From Sedimentisphaerales bacterium (GTDB lineage Bacteria > Planctomycetota > Phycisphaerae > Sedimentisphaerales > Anaerobacaceae), in NCBI GenBank assembly GCA_963708075.1, contig OY970194.1:2080001-2144000 (forward strand): a stretch of 64,000 bases of DNA. Direction: 5' to 3'. Below, one piece after another: positions 52,952 through 64,000 of the stretch (position 1 is its first letter; every line of letters starts with the position of its first letter). Under the pieces are notes generated by a model. The model saw nothing but the letters and a program-made list of their open reading frames with translations. It ran no database searches and was not told where the DNA came from. The translations under genes and the position numbers were made by a program.

Positions 52952-53299
52952 ATGGCTCTTCACAATCTCTCTGAGAGCGTCCTTCTCATCACTCTGCCCC
53001 AGGAGCCCGACCGGAGCAGTGAGTTGGAGACTGCCGCACGACTGACCACCCCCAGGGTAAGCCGCCACGTCATCGTGGATTTCACACGGGTTGAAACCAT
53101 GTTTTCGCTGACGGTCTGCGGCCTGATCATCCTGGACCGTCTGCTCAGCACGGCGGGACGGCAACTGATCCTGTGTTCCGTTTCGCCCGATATCATGGCT
53201 ATCTTCAGGCGGGTGGGACTTCACAAGCTTTTTCTGTTCGTCGCGGACAAGGCCGCCGCCCAGGAGTCTCTCGATCACGAAACCTTCATCTACACATAG
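52952..53299 (+). CDS. STAS domain / anti-sigma factor antagonist
   Basis: HVIVDFTRVE..LIILDRLL..GRQLILCSVSPDIMAIFRRVGLHKLF. Confidence 0.85.
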   Translation: MALHNLSESVLLITLPQEPDRSSELETAARLTTPRVSRHVIVDFTRVETMFSLTVCGLIILDRLLSTAGRQLILCSVSPDIMAIFRRVGLHKLFLFVADKAAAQESLDHETFIYT

Positions 53300-53431
53300 T
53301 GGATGTTTGCCGTCATTCGTCTGAGGCGTGATGAACTCGATGTTGGGAGAATCGGTGTCTCTTCCGAGGCTGCTTGACGGGGACACCAAAAACCGTTTCT
53401 CTCAATGACACTCACGTGTCGGGAGGATGAG

Positions 53432-54307
53432 ATGAAGATGCTAAGCAAGCGGATGTGGGCGATGGTAGTCGCAGCCTTGCTGGCCACGTTTCCGATGTCG
53501 GCAGCCGCGGTCCCTACTCTCATGCACACCATCAACAGAGATCCGGATACCTACTCTGCTGAGCACGTCGGAACCTTCGGGACCAACGTCCCTGTCAACC
53601 ATGATGCGGGTGTGCGCAGACAGACCGAGCCGGCCATCGGCGTGGATGCTGCGGGCAATCCGTACGTCGTCTGGGTGGACAATAGAAGTGGTAAAAACGA
53701 AATCTATTACGCCGGCGCGACCACAATTCGGCCTCCTTTGCCCACTACGGTTGTCCCGGGTGAAGGAGGCGCAGTCACCGTCCGGAGCGCGACGGTGGAG
53801 AACCTCCAGGTACAGATTCCGGCTGACGCTCTACCCGAGGGTATTGCGGCCACGGATATCTCCGTGGCTGAAGTCTCTAATCCGCGGGAACCACCGGCGG
53901 GCGGCTTTGGTATGGCCTATAGTCTCGGGCCGAGCGGGGTCGTGTTCAATTCGCCGGTGACGATCAGGATACCGCTGGCGGATGATGCTCCTGTCCGTAG
54001 TAGCTACCTCGTCTACCGTTACGATGCCGGTATCGGTTGCTGGACTCAGGAAGGGATTCATAACCCTGCCACGAAGGTTGCCGACGGCTCGTACCTGGAG
54101 GTCCAGGTCGACCACTTCACGGTTTTGATGGCAGGCGGTGGGACGGTGAATGGTGATGGCGCCGGCGGCGGTGGGTGCGCGTTGTCGCCGTGGACCAACA
54201 CCGGGCCGATGGAAGTCGTCCTGCCGTTTGTTGCGTTCGTCCTGGTCCTGCTTACATGCAGCATCGTGAGCGGGTTACGGCGTCGCTCCGGCGGTACCCG
54301 GGACTGA
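53432..54307 (+). CDS. Exported protein with ZU5-like domain and C-terminal GGGGC-TM-RRR sorting signal
   Basis: Signal peptide; VQIPADAL..LGPSGVVFNSPVTIRIP..VDHFT; GGGGCALS..TM..LRRR; GGAGG RBS. Confidence 0.7.
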   Translation: MKMLSKRMWAMVVAALLATFPMSAAAVPTLMHTINRDPDTYSAEHVGTFGTNVPVNHDAGVRRQTEPAIGVDAAGNPYVVWVDNRSGKNEIYYAGATTIRPPLPTTVVPGEGGAVTVRSATVENLQVQIPADALPEGIAATDISVAEVSNPREPPAGGFGMAYSLGPSGVVFNSPVTIRIPLADDAPVRSSYLVYRYDAGIGCWTQEGIHNPATKVADGSYLEVQVDHFTVLMAGGGTVNGDGAGGGGCALSPWTNTGPMEVVLPFVAFVLVLLTCSIVSGLRRRSGGTRD

Positions 54308-54907
54308 TTATTTCTTTTTCTTGTTTTCTGCCGAAACGCCGGCCGTCAGAACGAACTGCATTGCCTGGTCGATTCTCATATCGACGGGCGTGATCTTGGC
54401 TTTGGGAACCATGACGGTGAAACCGCCCATCTGGTAGCTCATGGGCAAATAGACCGCGACGGTTTGCTCATCACCAATTCCTTCAGGCAGGTCTCCAAAG
54501 CTCTCTCGCGTCACCAGGCCCATCAAGCGTATGTTCCCATCGGCGAGAGTGACCATGACGGTCTTGTCGAACTCTCTCTGTTTCGAGGCGTCGAAGAGCC
54601 CCACCATGTCGCGAATGGAGCCGTACAGAGACTTGATGCCCGGGATTCTCTGCAGCAGTGTCTCGCCCAGAGAGAACACCTTGCGAAACAACCATATCCT
54701 CAGGAGCACGCCGATGCCCAGGGTGATCAGGAATCCGGCCAACACGCCCGACCCGGGAACATAGAAGTCGTCGCCGATGACGAACCTCATGGCTTTGCCG
54801 AGGACGGATTCCGCGAACGCCGCCAGCCAATAGACGAGATAAACGGTCAGTGCGATGGGGAGGATCGCAATAAGCCCCTGTAGAAACAGTGTGCCGAGCT
54901 TCTTCAC
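54308..54907 (-). CDS. DUF502 family membrane protein
   Basis: FLQGLIAILPIALT, RIPGIKSLY, VYLPMSYQMGG, FVLTAG; GTG start with GGAGA RBS. Confidence 0.9.
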   Translation of the reverse strand: MKKLGTLFLQGLIAILPIALTVYLVYWLAAFAESVLGKAMRFVIGDDFYVPGSGVLAGFLITLGIGVLLRIWLFRKVFSLGETLLQRIPGIKSLYGSIRDMVGLFDASKQREFDKTVMVTLADGNIRLMGLVTRESFGDLPEGIGDEQTVAVYLPMSYQMGGFTVMVPKAKITPVDMRIDQAMQFVLTAGVSAENKKKK

Positions 54908-55181
54908 AGTTCGTTCTCCATATTGACCGCCTCTGCTGTGGCAATCACGTGGTACTCCGATAAGCGAACATCGTACCGGGCCCTCAATGGGTGCACAAGT
55001 GCCCTCACATGGTGAACCAACTCCATTTTCATAGCGGTCTCCTCGTCTTGCGGGTACACTACATTCGGCAGAGTCACAGGACGTATCTACTTCGATAGAG
55101 GGTGAACCTTCCTGTCCTCGGCCTCGGTAGACCCAACTGGGAAGACCCGGAACAAGTGACAACCTATTTTGGGAACACGCC

Positions 55182-57629
55182 ATGCTTCTTCGAACTGTGA
55201 CAGTCCTTTTCATCGTATGGGTCGTCTCATCGCCTGTCATTGCTGAGGAGATACCGCCGATCCCCGCGGCCACGTGGGAGGTCGCGGACGACCTGTCCTA
55301 CTCTCAGCAGACGGCCCAATCACTCTGGGAGCCCATGGGCCAAACCAAGCCCGTCTCTATCGTAGACGTTCATGGCGGAAAAACATTGCGAATGCCGTGT
55401 GATTTCCAGGATAACAGAATCGATCGCGCTTCCTGGGATCGCCGTCTCAACCTGGATCTCGCCTGGCGTACGGGTTTGCAGTTTCTCTTTTACTGCCGCG
55501 ATGCAACGCCCGTGTCCAGCTTCAGCGTCTACCTGCACAGCGGCGACGGGTGGTACCGGGGCAACTTCGATGCCTCGTCCACGACCACGTGGACACCCGT
55601 CCAGATTCACAAGAAGGATATGTCCGTCGAGGGCCATCCGGCAGGATGGGGGAAAGTTGATACCTTGCGCATCTCCGCATGGCGCGGCCAGGATGTAGAT
55701 ACGGAGTTCTATATTGCCGCGATTGGCCTGTTTGGCCAAGGCGGAAAGATCGTCATCGTGCACAACGACTCAGTAGCCGGCAGTGCCCCCGGGGAACTCG
55801 ACTCTGTAAAGCAGTACACGGATGTCATGGCACAGTTCCTGGACCGCGTGGGCCTTTCCTATGTGGTTGTGAGCGACCTCGATGTCACCGCAGAGAAGCT
55901 CAAGGGCACAAAACTCGTCATCCTCCCTCATAACCCGAAAATGTCAGACGGAGCTATTGACGGGATCGCCAAGTTCCTCACAGAGGGCGGGAAGCTGATC
56001 GCCTGTTACCACCTCCCCAAGGCTCTTGAGCCGGTTGTGGGCATCCGCAACAGCGGGCACGTTCCCCAGAAGTACGCAGGTTATTTCTCCTCCATCCGGC
56101 CGGCCGAGAAATCTCTCGAGGGAATGCCGTCGGTCACCCAGCAGAGTTCATGGAACATAAACGAGATGTCACCCGTCGAAGGAAGAAGCTACATAGCGGC
56201 GTGGTGGCACGCGGGCGACGGGCAGTCAACCGGCAAGCCCGCCATCATCGCCAGCGACAACTGCATCTGCCTGACGCACGTCCTGATCCCGGACGATCGA
56301 GTCAATAAATTGCATCTACTCCTGGCTATGGTCGGTTATCTGGTCCCGGAACTATGGCGCGACGCAGCCAATGGAGCCATAGAACGTATCGGCAGGTTCG
56401 GTCCCTACGAGGGCTATGACGCCGCTTACCAAGGCATACAGGGACTTGTCTCTACGCCAGGTGAGGCCTCATCGGCTCTGCAGGCAGCGGACACATGGCG
56501 TAAATTGGGGTTGACCCTGTTCTCTGAGGGCCAGTTCTCCAAGGCCGTCGGTGCCGCCGAGGAAGCGCAGCGGTCCCTGATCAACGCATACTGTCTGGCC
56601 CAAACCCCTTCCCCTGGAGAACATCGGGCCTTCTGGTGCCATAGTGCCTTCGGAGTGGAAGGCCTGGATTGGGACCATGCCATCAAGGTCCTGGCGGACA
56701 ATGGCTTCACCGCCGTCTTGCCGAATATGCTATGGGGCGGCGTGGCCTTCTATAAGAGCGACGTGCTGCCCGTGTCGGCCACGGTGAGCGAAAGAGGCGA
56801 TCAAATCGAGCTTTGCGTGGCCGCGTGCAGGAAGTACGGCGTCCAATGCCACGTCTGGAAAGTCAACTACAATATGGGTTGGGCCACAGACAACGCGTTC
56901 GTCGCTCAGAAGAAGGCGGAGGGTCGGACCCAGGTGAACTACGATGGTTCGCCGAATGACCGGTGGCTATGCCCTTCGCACCCCGAAAACCAGAAGCTTG
57001 AGATTGAATCCATGCTGGAAGTCGCGAGGAAATACGATGTAGATGGTTTGCACTTTGACTATATACGTTACCCGGATAGCCAGGGCTGTTTCTGTCAGGG
57101 ATGCCGGACAAGGTTTGAGACGGCGATTGGAGGGAAGGTCAGAAACTGGCCGGCAAACGTGCGCAACGACGACGATCTGGCCCCAAAGTGGCTGGACTTT
57201 CGCCGCCAACAGATCACGACCGTCGTGGCGGCTGTAGCCGAACGAGCAAGACAGATGCGACCGGGCATCAAGATCTCGGCGGCGGTCTTTCCGAACTGGC
57301 TGACGGACCGCGACTCCGTAGGGCAGGACTGGAAACTCTGGTGCCGGCAGGGGTATCTCGACTTTGTCTGTCCCATGGACTACACGGCCTCCGGCAGCCA
57401 TTTTCAGCACATGATTGAGCAGCAACTCGCATGGGCCGGCAAGGTTCCCTGCTATCCCGGGATCGGCTTGAGCACCTGGAGCGATCCCACCGATATCTGC
57501 AGATTGATTGAACAGATCAACATCACCCGCCAACTGAAGACAGGCGGCTTCACTGTCTTCAACTATGGCCCCACCGAAGCGACCCAGGTCCTCCCCCTGC
57601 TGGGAGAAGGCATGACGCGAAGGAAATGA
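55182..57629 (+). CDS. Family 10-like glycosyl hydrolase (GHL10/DUF187) with N-terminal CBM-like and GATase-like domains
   Basis: EHRAFW, VQCHVW, WLCPSHP, YDVDGLHFDYIRYP, QDWKLW, PMDY. Confidence 0.85.
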   Translation: MLLRTVTVLFIVWVVSSPVIAEEIPPIPAATWEVADDLSYSQQTAQSLWEPMGQTKPVSIVDVHGGKTLRMPCDFQDNRIDRASWDRRLNLDLAWRTGLQFLFYCRDATPVSSFSVYLHSGDGWYRGNFDASSTTTWTPVQIHKKDMSVEGHPAGWGKVDTLRISAWRGQDVDTEFYIAAIGLFGQGGKIVIVHNDSVAGSAPGELDSVKQYTDVMAQFLDRVGLSYVVVSDLDVTAEKLKGTKLVILPHNPKMSDGAIDGIAKFLTEGGKLIACYHLPKALEPVVGIRNSGHVPQKYAGYFSSIRPAEKSLEGMPSVTQQSSWNINEMSPVEGRSYIAAWWHAGDGQSTGKPAIIASDNCICLTHVLIPDDRVNKLHLLLAMVGYLVPELWRDAANGAIERIGRFGPYEGYDAAYQGIQGLVSTPGEASSALQAADTWRKLGLTLFSEGQFSKAVGAAEEAQRSLINAYCLAQTPSPGEHRAFWCHSAFGVEGLDWDHAIKVLADNGFTAVLPNMLWGGVAFYKSDVLPVSATVSERGDQIELCVAACRKYGVQCHVWKVNYNMGWATDNAFVAQKKAEGRTQVNYDGSPNDRWLCPSHPENQKLEIESMLEVARKYDVDGLHFDYIRYPDSQGCFCQGCRTRFETAIGGKVRNWPANVRNDDDLAPKWLDFRRQQITTVVAAVAERARQMRPGIKISAAVFPNWLTDRDSVGQDWKLWCRQGYLDFVCPMDYTASGSHFQHMIEQQLAWAGKVPCYPGIGLSTWSDPTDICRLIEQINITRQLKTGGFTVFNYGPTEATQVLPLLGEGMTRRK

Positions 57630-57711
57630 TGCGGGCCTGTCGACGAGCATTCCTGAGCCCGCTTGCGTGAGGGTTTTCACGCACGGGCAGCACAATCTCC
57701 CTGTCATCTCC

Positions 57712-57777
57712 TAAGAAACTACCTCAAGACGGTGAATGTCATTGCGAGTCGGTGTGTGGTTTTGAGATCGTTTCTAA
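57712..57777. mobile_element. 60-bp MITE-like remnant with terminal inverted repeats and TAA flanks
   Basis: TAA-GAAACTACCTCAAGAC...GTTTTGAGATCGTTTC-TAA; 13/16 inverted match. Confidence 0.45.
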
Positions 57778-58020
57778 GTGATTTCCCCGACGGAGATTCC
57801 GGGAACTCCTGCAAGACACGCGTCCGACGGGCCGGTAGAACCGAATCAGGCAGAGGATTTCCGTCTATCGCCGTACCGAGCACTGCCTGTATCGGTTCGA
57901 CCGGATACGGATTGACAGTCAGCATGTTCGGGGGATGGAGACTACGGTGATGGCGACCGTACATGCCGGTCCTGCGAAGACGCTGCCTGCCGATGAACTG
58001 CACCCATGAGGCAAATGGCT

Positions 58021-58902
58021 ATGGCAAGCACAATGATCGACACAACGGCTCGCCCGGCTTTGGCCAGTGGCACATTCCGTATCGGCAGGAATCTGCCCGT
58101 GGTCCGGCTTGGTTACGGCGCCATGCAAATCACCGGCCCCGGCACCTGGGGCCCACCGCGCGACCCTGACGAGGCGATCCGGGTGTTACGCCGCGCTGTA
58201 GAGTTGGGCGTGACCTTGATCGATACCGCTGACTCCTACGGACCCTACGTCAGCGAGGAATTGATCCACGCGGCCCTCCATCCCTATCCCGAGAACCTGG
58301 TCATTGCCACCAAGGCCGGCCTGGTCCGCACCGGACCGGACTCGTGGCACCCGCTCGCCCGGCCCGAGTATCTGCGACAGGAGGCCGAGATGAGCCTGCG
58401 CCGGCTGGGACTGGAACGCATTGACCTGTTCCAACTACACAGCATCGATCCGCAGGTACCATTGGAGGACCAGATCGGCGCACTCGTGGAGTTGCAGCGC
58501 GAGGGGAAGATCCGCCACATCGGGCTGTCCAACGTCTCGGTAGCACAGATCCGGGCAGCTCGCCAGATCGCAACGGTGGTTACCGTGCAGAACCGTTACA
58601 ACCTGGTCGACCGCGGTTCTGAAGCCGTGCTCGAGTTCTGCGAAAGGGAGGACCTCGGGTTCATTCCATGGTTCCCAATCGCCACCGGCAAGCTGGCCCG
58701 CCCAGGCGGACCACTGGACAGCATCGCCCGGCAGCTCGGAGCCACCGCCGCTCAGCTCGCGCTGGCATGGCTGCTTCGTCGATCACCGGTCATGCTGCCG
58801 ATCCCCGGCACCGCTTCGGTAGCTCATCTGGAGGAGAATGTGGCTGCCGCCGGCTTGCAGCTTACCGACGCGCAGTTCGAGGCACTGGCCCAAGCGGCCT
58901 GA
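58021..58902 (+). CDS. Aldo/keto reductase
   Basis: [43 protein letters not shown]. Confidence 0.93.
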   Translation: MASTMIDTTARPALASGTFRIGRNLPVVRLGYGAMQITGPGTWGPPRDPDEAIRVLRRAVELGVTLIDTADSYGPYVSEELIHAALHPYPENLVIATKAGLVRTGPDSWHPLARPEYLRQEAEMSLRRLGLERIDLFQLHSIDPQVPLEDQIGALVELQREGKIRHIGLSNVSVAQIRAARQIATVVTVQNRYNLVDRGSEAVLEFCEREDLGFIPWFPIATGKLARPGGPLDSIARQLGATAAQLALAWLLRRSPVMLPIPGTASVAHLEENVAAAGLQLTDAQFEALAQAA

Positions 58903-58958
58903 TAGACGACGTGCTGCTGATTCGTCAACGCACCATTACTTCGAACGAGGAAAGAGAG

Positions 58959-59945
<987 letters not shown>

Positions 59946-60019
59946 GGACCGCTCATGGACGCCACACGCCAAGCCTATGACATCACGGGCTCGTCGCCGG
60001 CATCTGCCCTGATCCCTCC

Positions 60020-63000
60020 CTATGGCGTTCTGCCGGGGGTGGGGGCGGCGGTTTGCCAGTTGGTGGAGTCGCTGCCGCTGTGAGTTTCGTCCGCGTGCTG
60101 CCTTTGCAGGCAGTCGCCGGTGGCGTCTGTGCCGGATGGCCAAGGGGCGATGGGACTGTAGATCACTTCATCCAGGATTACCCAGCCGATGTCAACAGGA
60201 TCGGTACCCACCTGCGGCTTGTCCAATGCCACTCGCTCGCCCTGGTTTGATAGATTGCCCTGCCAGGGGCCGAAGAGATTCACATTCGCTGTGAGTTGTC
60301 CGCCGTAGGCGGCGGCGAACTCTGTCACGCGAGCGGGCTCCGTCTGCGGGTCGAAGCCGACCACCACGATCCGGCCGCCGGCGGCAATCGAGGCACTCGC
60401 GGGGAAGTTGTAGTCCACCGCGCCATCCAGACGCCAAGGAATGGTCTGCGTGGTCAAGGCGACTGCTTGTGATGTTGGATTGTATAGCTCGATGTATTCT
60501 TCATTCGGATCAATGGGACTGTACATGATCTCATCAATGACCACCGACAGCAGCGGCGTTGTGTTGGCTTTGGCTTGTGAGGGCGTCATTCGGAACCAGT
60601 AGGCTCCGCCGTCGGGATAGCGGCCGAGCGAGATACCTGCTTCCTGAGCTTTGAACGAGACTGCATCCACGATCCGGTCCTGGGCTGTGCCGGGCAGATA
60701 CGACAGCAACAGGTCCTCGCCGTTACTGCCCAGGCCAAAGCCCTGGAGATTGTCGAAGCGGACGTATCCCAGAGAAGGTACCGACACCGCCGGAAGCTTG
60801 TACTTCTTCGGTTCGGCCACATCATCACTGAGATACCAGTTCGCAAGACTTACACTGGCTGCCGTGGGGTTGTACAACTCCACCCAATCATCCTCTGTCG
60901 GTGTGGCGCCATTGGCGAGGAACTCATTGAGCACCACCGTCTGCACAACAGCCGGATCATCCTGGCCCGGCGAGCCGCCCATGTTCGTGCTCGCGCGCCA
61001 GTTGCCGGGATAGTTCAACGAGCCCTGTGGCTGGCCCAGCAGTGCTGTATCCAAGGGCACCAGGGAGTGCCCGCCTCCATCGGCCGCCAGAGGCCAGCCT
61101 CGGCCGTCGCCATACTCGAACTCGGCGACCGTGCCATTCCAGAAGTCCACGAGAGCGACCTTCTCGCCATTATTCGCCAGCTTGCCCTGATACTGGCCGG
61201 CGATGATCGAAGACAATGCCGAGCCATAGCGGGAGGTGAACGCCGCTTTGTTCCGGACCACCAGCACGAACTTGCCCGGGCCAAGACTCGTAACGGCACC
61301 GCCCTGGAAATCGAAAGTAACGCCGTTCGTAAGCGAGACGCTGCCCAGATCCAGCGTATCATCGCCTGTGTTCTTGAGCTCGATGTACTCGTATTCTTCG
61401 CTATCAAAGGCATCGCCGGCCAGAACAGCGGGATTGTACATCACTTCCGTCACTCGCAGGTCCTCTAAGATTCCTGCGGCAATGGGCTCACCGGCCACGA
61501 ACTGCACCGGGGCCGACCAGTGGCTCCAGCGGCCGGAGGTATCTTTCATCCGGCAGCGGACCCGATACGTTCGCCCCTCGCGAACCACCGAGGCGGGAAT
61601 CTTCGCATCCGCATTGAACGTCGTCAACTCCGCGCTCTCCCAGAGAGGCTCGATCTCATACCTGCCCGCCTCGCGCTGGTACACCTGCGTCATGCCCGGC
61701 TCAGTTGTGCCGTTGCCGCCATTGGACTTCTCTGCGGTCAGTCGCACATCAATGAAGCAGTCCGAGCTGCTGTTGAGAGAAATGTTGAGCAACTGCACGG
61801 CGACCACGTTCGTGCCCCGCACCAGCCATGTGGCGGGCGCGCCCAGGTCACGCCGGTCAAAGGCGGAATCCTCCCTGGTCGCGATCGCGACCGAGTTGTA
61901 TGGCGCGTCGGCGGAAGGCACGTAGTCACTGTACGCAAGCTTGCCGTTAAGCCAGATGTTGACGCCGTCGTCATATTTGACCTCAAGGATCAGCTTGGCG
62001 AGGCCATTGAGGCTGGCGACATCAAAGGTATTGCGAAGGTAGACGGTGGTGTAATTGCCCCACATGTCCGTGAGCGGCGTCACGATGAATGTCTCGCCAT
62101 AGCCGATGGCTGTATTGCCCGCCAGCCATTGGGAATCGTCGAAGTCGATCCGTCGCCATGCCCCGGACACTGCCGAAGGCTCGCTTCTGCCCTTGAAGTA
62201 CTTCCACGTCGCTCCATCCGGCAGCAACGTAACGCTGGTGTCGGAGCCCGTGGGAACCTGCGACCCGGCGGCCACCTCCGCAATGCGCCATTTCACGGCG
62301 CCAAACGTGGCGGCCCCCTGCGGGTCGCTGAATGCGCTCGTCCTGAAAGACAAGGCATTGGCGGGGAAGCCCTGCGGCCCCGTGCTTGTGACAACGGGCG
62401 TATTCGGGATCGCGGCGTCGGCGGCCTTGCTATTCATGTGCGGCACGCGCTCTGCGATGTAATCCTTCATCACCTTGACCATGCCCTCGAAGCTTCGCTC
62501 GTAGCGGCGGTCCACCGCCTCCTGGTAGAACCGTCCCTGACCCGCCTTGTCGCTGCCGCAATTGGTGCGATAGCGACTGCATGCGGCGTCCGCCATGACC
62601 CAGTGGTAGTCCCACATGGCACGATCCGCGTCCACGATGGACAGCCCGCCGGCGGGGTCGTTGATGATCGCCGCGTAGTCGTCGATAAGTTGGCCGGTCT
62701 GCTCCACGTTGAAGAGCAGGTCCACCACCTCGCGAATCCGGTTCCGTTTCTCCAGGTCAAGCGCCGCGTTGTAGAAGATGCCCGCCCTGCTGAACGGATC
62801 GCTCGGGTCGTTGTTGCCATAGTAGGTGGTCCAGGTCAGGTCGAGGTCCCAGGGCAGTTGCCACCACTGGTCGGTCTGCGGGTGGTGGTAGAGGAACCAG
62901 TTCTTGCTGGTGATGTCGCCGTGATGGACGGCCTGGTAGATGGCAACGTAGGCATAATATGCATCGAGGTTGACGTTCTGGCTCCACCATTGGGCGGAGG

Positions 63001-64000
63001 GGTTGGACGAGTACATGCCTCGGAAGATCTCGAGGTCCGAATCATCGGCGGGCTGGGTCGGCCCCTGGTTGTTCTTGTCGAACCCGCCGGGATAGGCGTT
63101 ATCCATCTTGAACAGGTTGCCGTCGGGCAGACCGTGCTCATCGAGGAATCGCCCGTCTATCTGCTCGATGGTCATGTACAGACCCCAGAAGTCGCCGTCA
63201 TACTGGGTCCCCTTTGTCGTTAGCGGCACATGGGCGGCGTTGCGCTCGCCGTCCTCGTATGGCTCGTCGATGATCCGGAACTGCAGGTAGTTCGTCTTTG
63301 AGGCGGGGCAGCCGGCCAGGTTGAACATCCGGAACGAGAGGGCCTCGAACATGCCCTGCTCCCCGCGCTGCCCGAAGCTGCCCTGCTGGATGCAGGCGGA
63401 GAAGTCCAGCCGATTCCACTTCGTCGCGTACTTGTTCCCGTAGTCGTCCCGTGCCTGGAAGTAATGTCCCCTGTTGAAATCGAACTTGAACATGTCCTTC
63501 CCCATGGAGTAACGCCAGACACCGCCGCGCATGCGGTAGCGGATGTGGTCATACACTTCGCCATCGTAGACGAGCGTGCCCCACCAGCGAAACAGGTCGC
63601 TGCCGTCCTTGGAGAACCACGTGCAGTCCTCGACGTCGGCTTTCTTGCTGATGAGGTGATAGACGGGCAGACTGCGCATCACCTCGGCGGGGTACTCGAT
63701 AACCGGGGTGACGCCAGGCTGCACGGCGCCGCGCCAGGCGGGCACGCCGTCATACACGAAGTAGGCGAAATTCGGCTGCGGGTCGTCGGGATATGGCACG
63801 AACGCGGCGGCGCCGGGATCATCCATTGCGAAGATCTTGTAGCGGATGAGCCGGCGGTGGATCTGCAGCGAGGCCGGAAGCTGGACGGTGAAGATGCCGT
63901 CCTGGAGGAGGGCGTCGCCGCCGAGCCCGTCGTCGTGCATCGCGACGGAGGTCCAGGTCGTGCCGTACTGAGGATCCAGACGAGCAATGTAGTTGCCCGG
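60020..64000 (-). CDS. CotH kinase + multiple lamin-tail domain protein (5'-partial)
   Basis: RMRGG..KFDFN, GLY..EQID, KNWFLY..LPWDLD (CotH); three LTDs (VTEVMYNP, VLNEFLA, VIDEIMY). Frame open to the window edge. Confidence 0.88.
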   Translation of the reverse strand, partial: PGNYIARLDPQYGTTWTSVAMHDDGLGGDALLQDGIFTVQLPASLQIHRRLIRYKIFAMDDPGAAAFVPYPDDPQPNFAYFVYDGVPAWRGAVQPGVTPVIEYPAEVMRSLPVYHLISKKADVEDCTWFSKDGSDLFRWWGTLVYDGEVYDHIRYRMRGGVWRYSMGKDMFKFDFNRGHYFQARDDYGNKYATKWNRLDFSACIQQGSFGQRGEQGMFEALSFRMFNLAGCPASKTNYLQFRIIDEPYEDGERNAAHVPLTTKGTQYDGDFWGLYMTIEQIDGRFLDEHGLPDGNLFKMDNAYPGGFDKNNQGPTQPADDSDLEIFRGMYSSNPSAQWWSQNVNLDAYYAYVAIYQAVHHGDITSKNWFLYHHPQTDQWWQLPWDLDLTWTTYYGNNDPSDPFSRAGIFYNAALDLEKRNRIREVVDLLFNVEQTGQLIDDYAAIINDPAGGLSIVDADRAMWDYHWVMADAACSRYRTNCGSDKAGQGRFYQEAVDRRYERSFEGMVKVMKDYIAERVPHMNSKAADAAIPNTPVVTSTGPQGFPANALSFRTSAFSDPQGAATFGAVKWRIAEVAAGSQVPTGSDTSVTLLPDGATWKYFKGRSEPSAVSGAWRRIDFDDSQWLAGNTAIGYGETFIVTPLTDMWGNYTTVYLRNTFDVASLNGLAKLILEVKYDDGVNIWLNGKLAYSDYVPSADAPYNSVAIATREDSAFDRRDLGAPATWLVRGTNVVAVQLLNISLNSSSDCFIDVRLTAEKSNGGNGTTEPGMTQVYQREAGRYEIEPLWESAELTTFNADAKIPASVVREGRTYRVRCRMKDTSGRWSHWSAPVQFVAGEPIAAGILEDLRVTEVMYNPAVLAGDAFDSEEYEYIELKNTGDDTLDLGSVSLTNGVTFDFQGGAVTSLGPGKFVLVVRNKAAFTSRYGSALSSIIAGQYQGKLANNGEKVALVDFWNGTVAEFEYGDGRGWPLAADGGGHSLVPLDTALLGQPQGSLNYPGNWRASTNMGGSPGQDDPAVVQTVVLNEFLANGATPTEDDWVELYNPTAASVSLANWYLSDDVAEPKKYKLPAVSVPSLGYVRFDNLQGFGLGSNGEDLLLSYLPGTAQDRIVDAVSFKAQEAGISLGRYPDGGAYWFRMTPSQAKANTTPLLSVVIDEIMYSPIDPNEEYIELYNPTSQAVALTTQTIPWRLDGAVDYNFPASASIAAGGRIVVVGFDPQTEPARVTEFAAAYGGQLTANVNLFGPWQGNLSNQGERVALDKPQVGTDPVDIGWVILDEVIYSPIAPWPSGTDATGDCLQRQHADETHSGSDSTNWQTAAPTPGRTP

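Overview
GC-rich bacterial window. The gene content (LamG/discoidin proteins, lamin-tail/CotH protein, H-X9-DG prepilin-type fragment, PQQ-like propellers, Tat oxidoreductase, many CAZymes) suggests a planctomycete, probably Phycisphaerae/Sedimentisphaerales; this is an inference. The main feature is a 13.2 kb minus-strand four-gene operon (17017->3794): a GYF-like/TPR helical protein, a giant exported membrane-anchored VWA protein, a Tubulin_2/FtsZ-like GTPase, and a second degenerate tubulin-like paralog with six TM helices. It is bracketed by a 121-bp, ~74% identical direct repeat made of a LamG-gene 3' end plus a hairpin. Also present: an SPFH-GYF gene, a DbpA-RBD/SF1 helicase with a candidate leader RNA, an MBOAT-AlgJ/AlgX O-acylation operon with two carbohydrate-binding or hydrolase genes, glycan-degradation genes, two aldo-keto reductases and many gene fragments. 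Six single-base frameshifts split otherwise intact genes. All four +1 events can be repaired at GAGAACC/GGTTCTC, giving GAGACC/GGTCTC, which suggests motif-specific (possibly methylation-linked) sequencing error. No rRNA, tRNA, CRISPR array or intact transposase was recognised. All calls are by eye; no searches were run.
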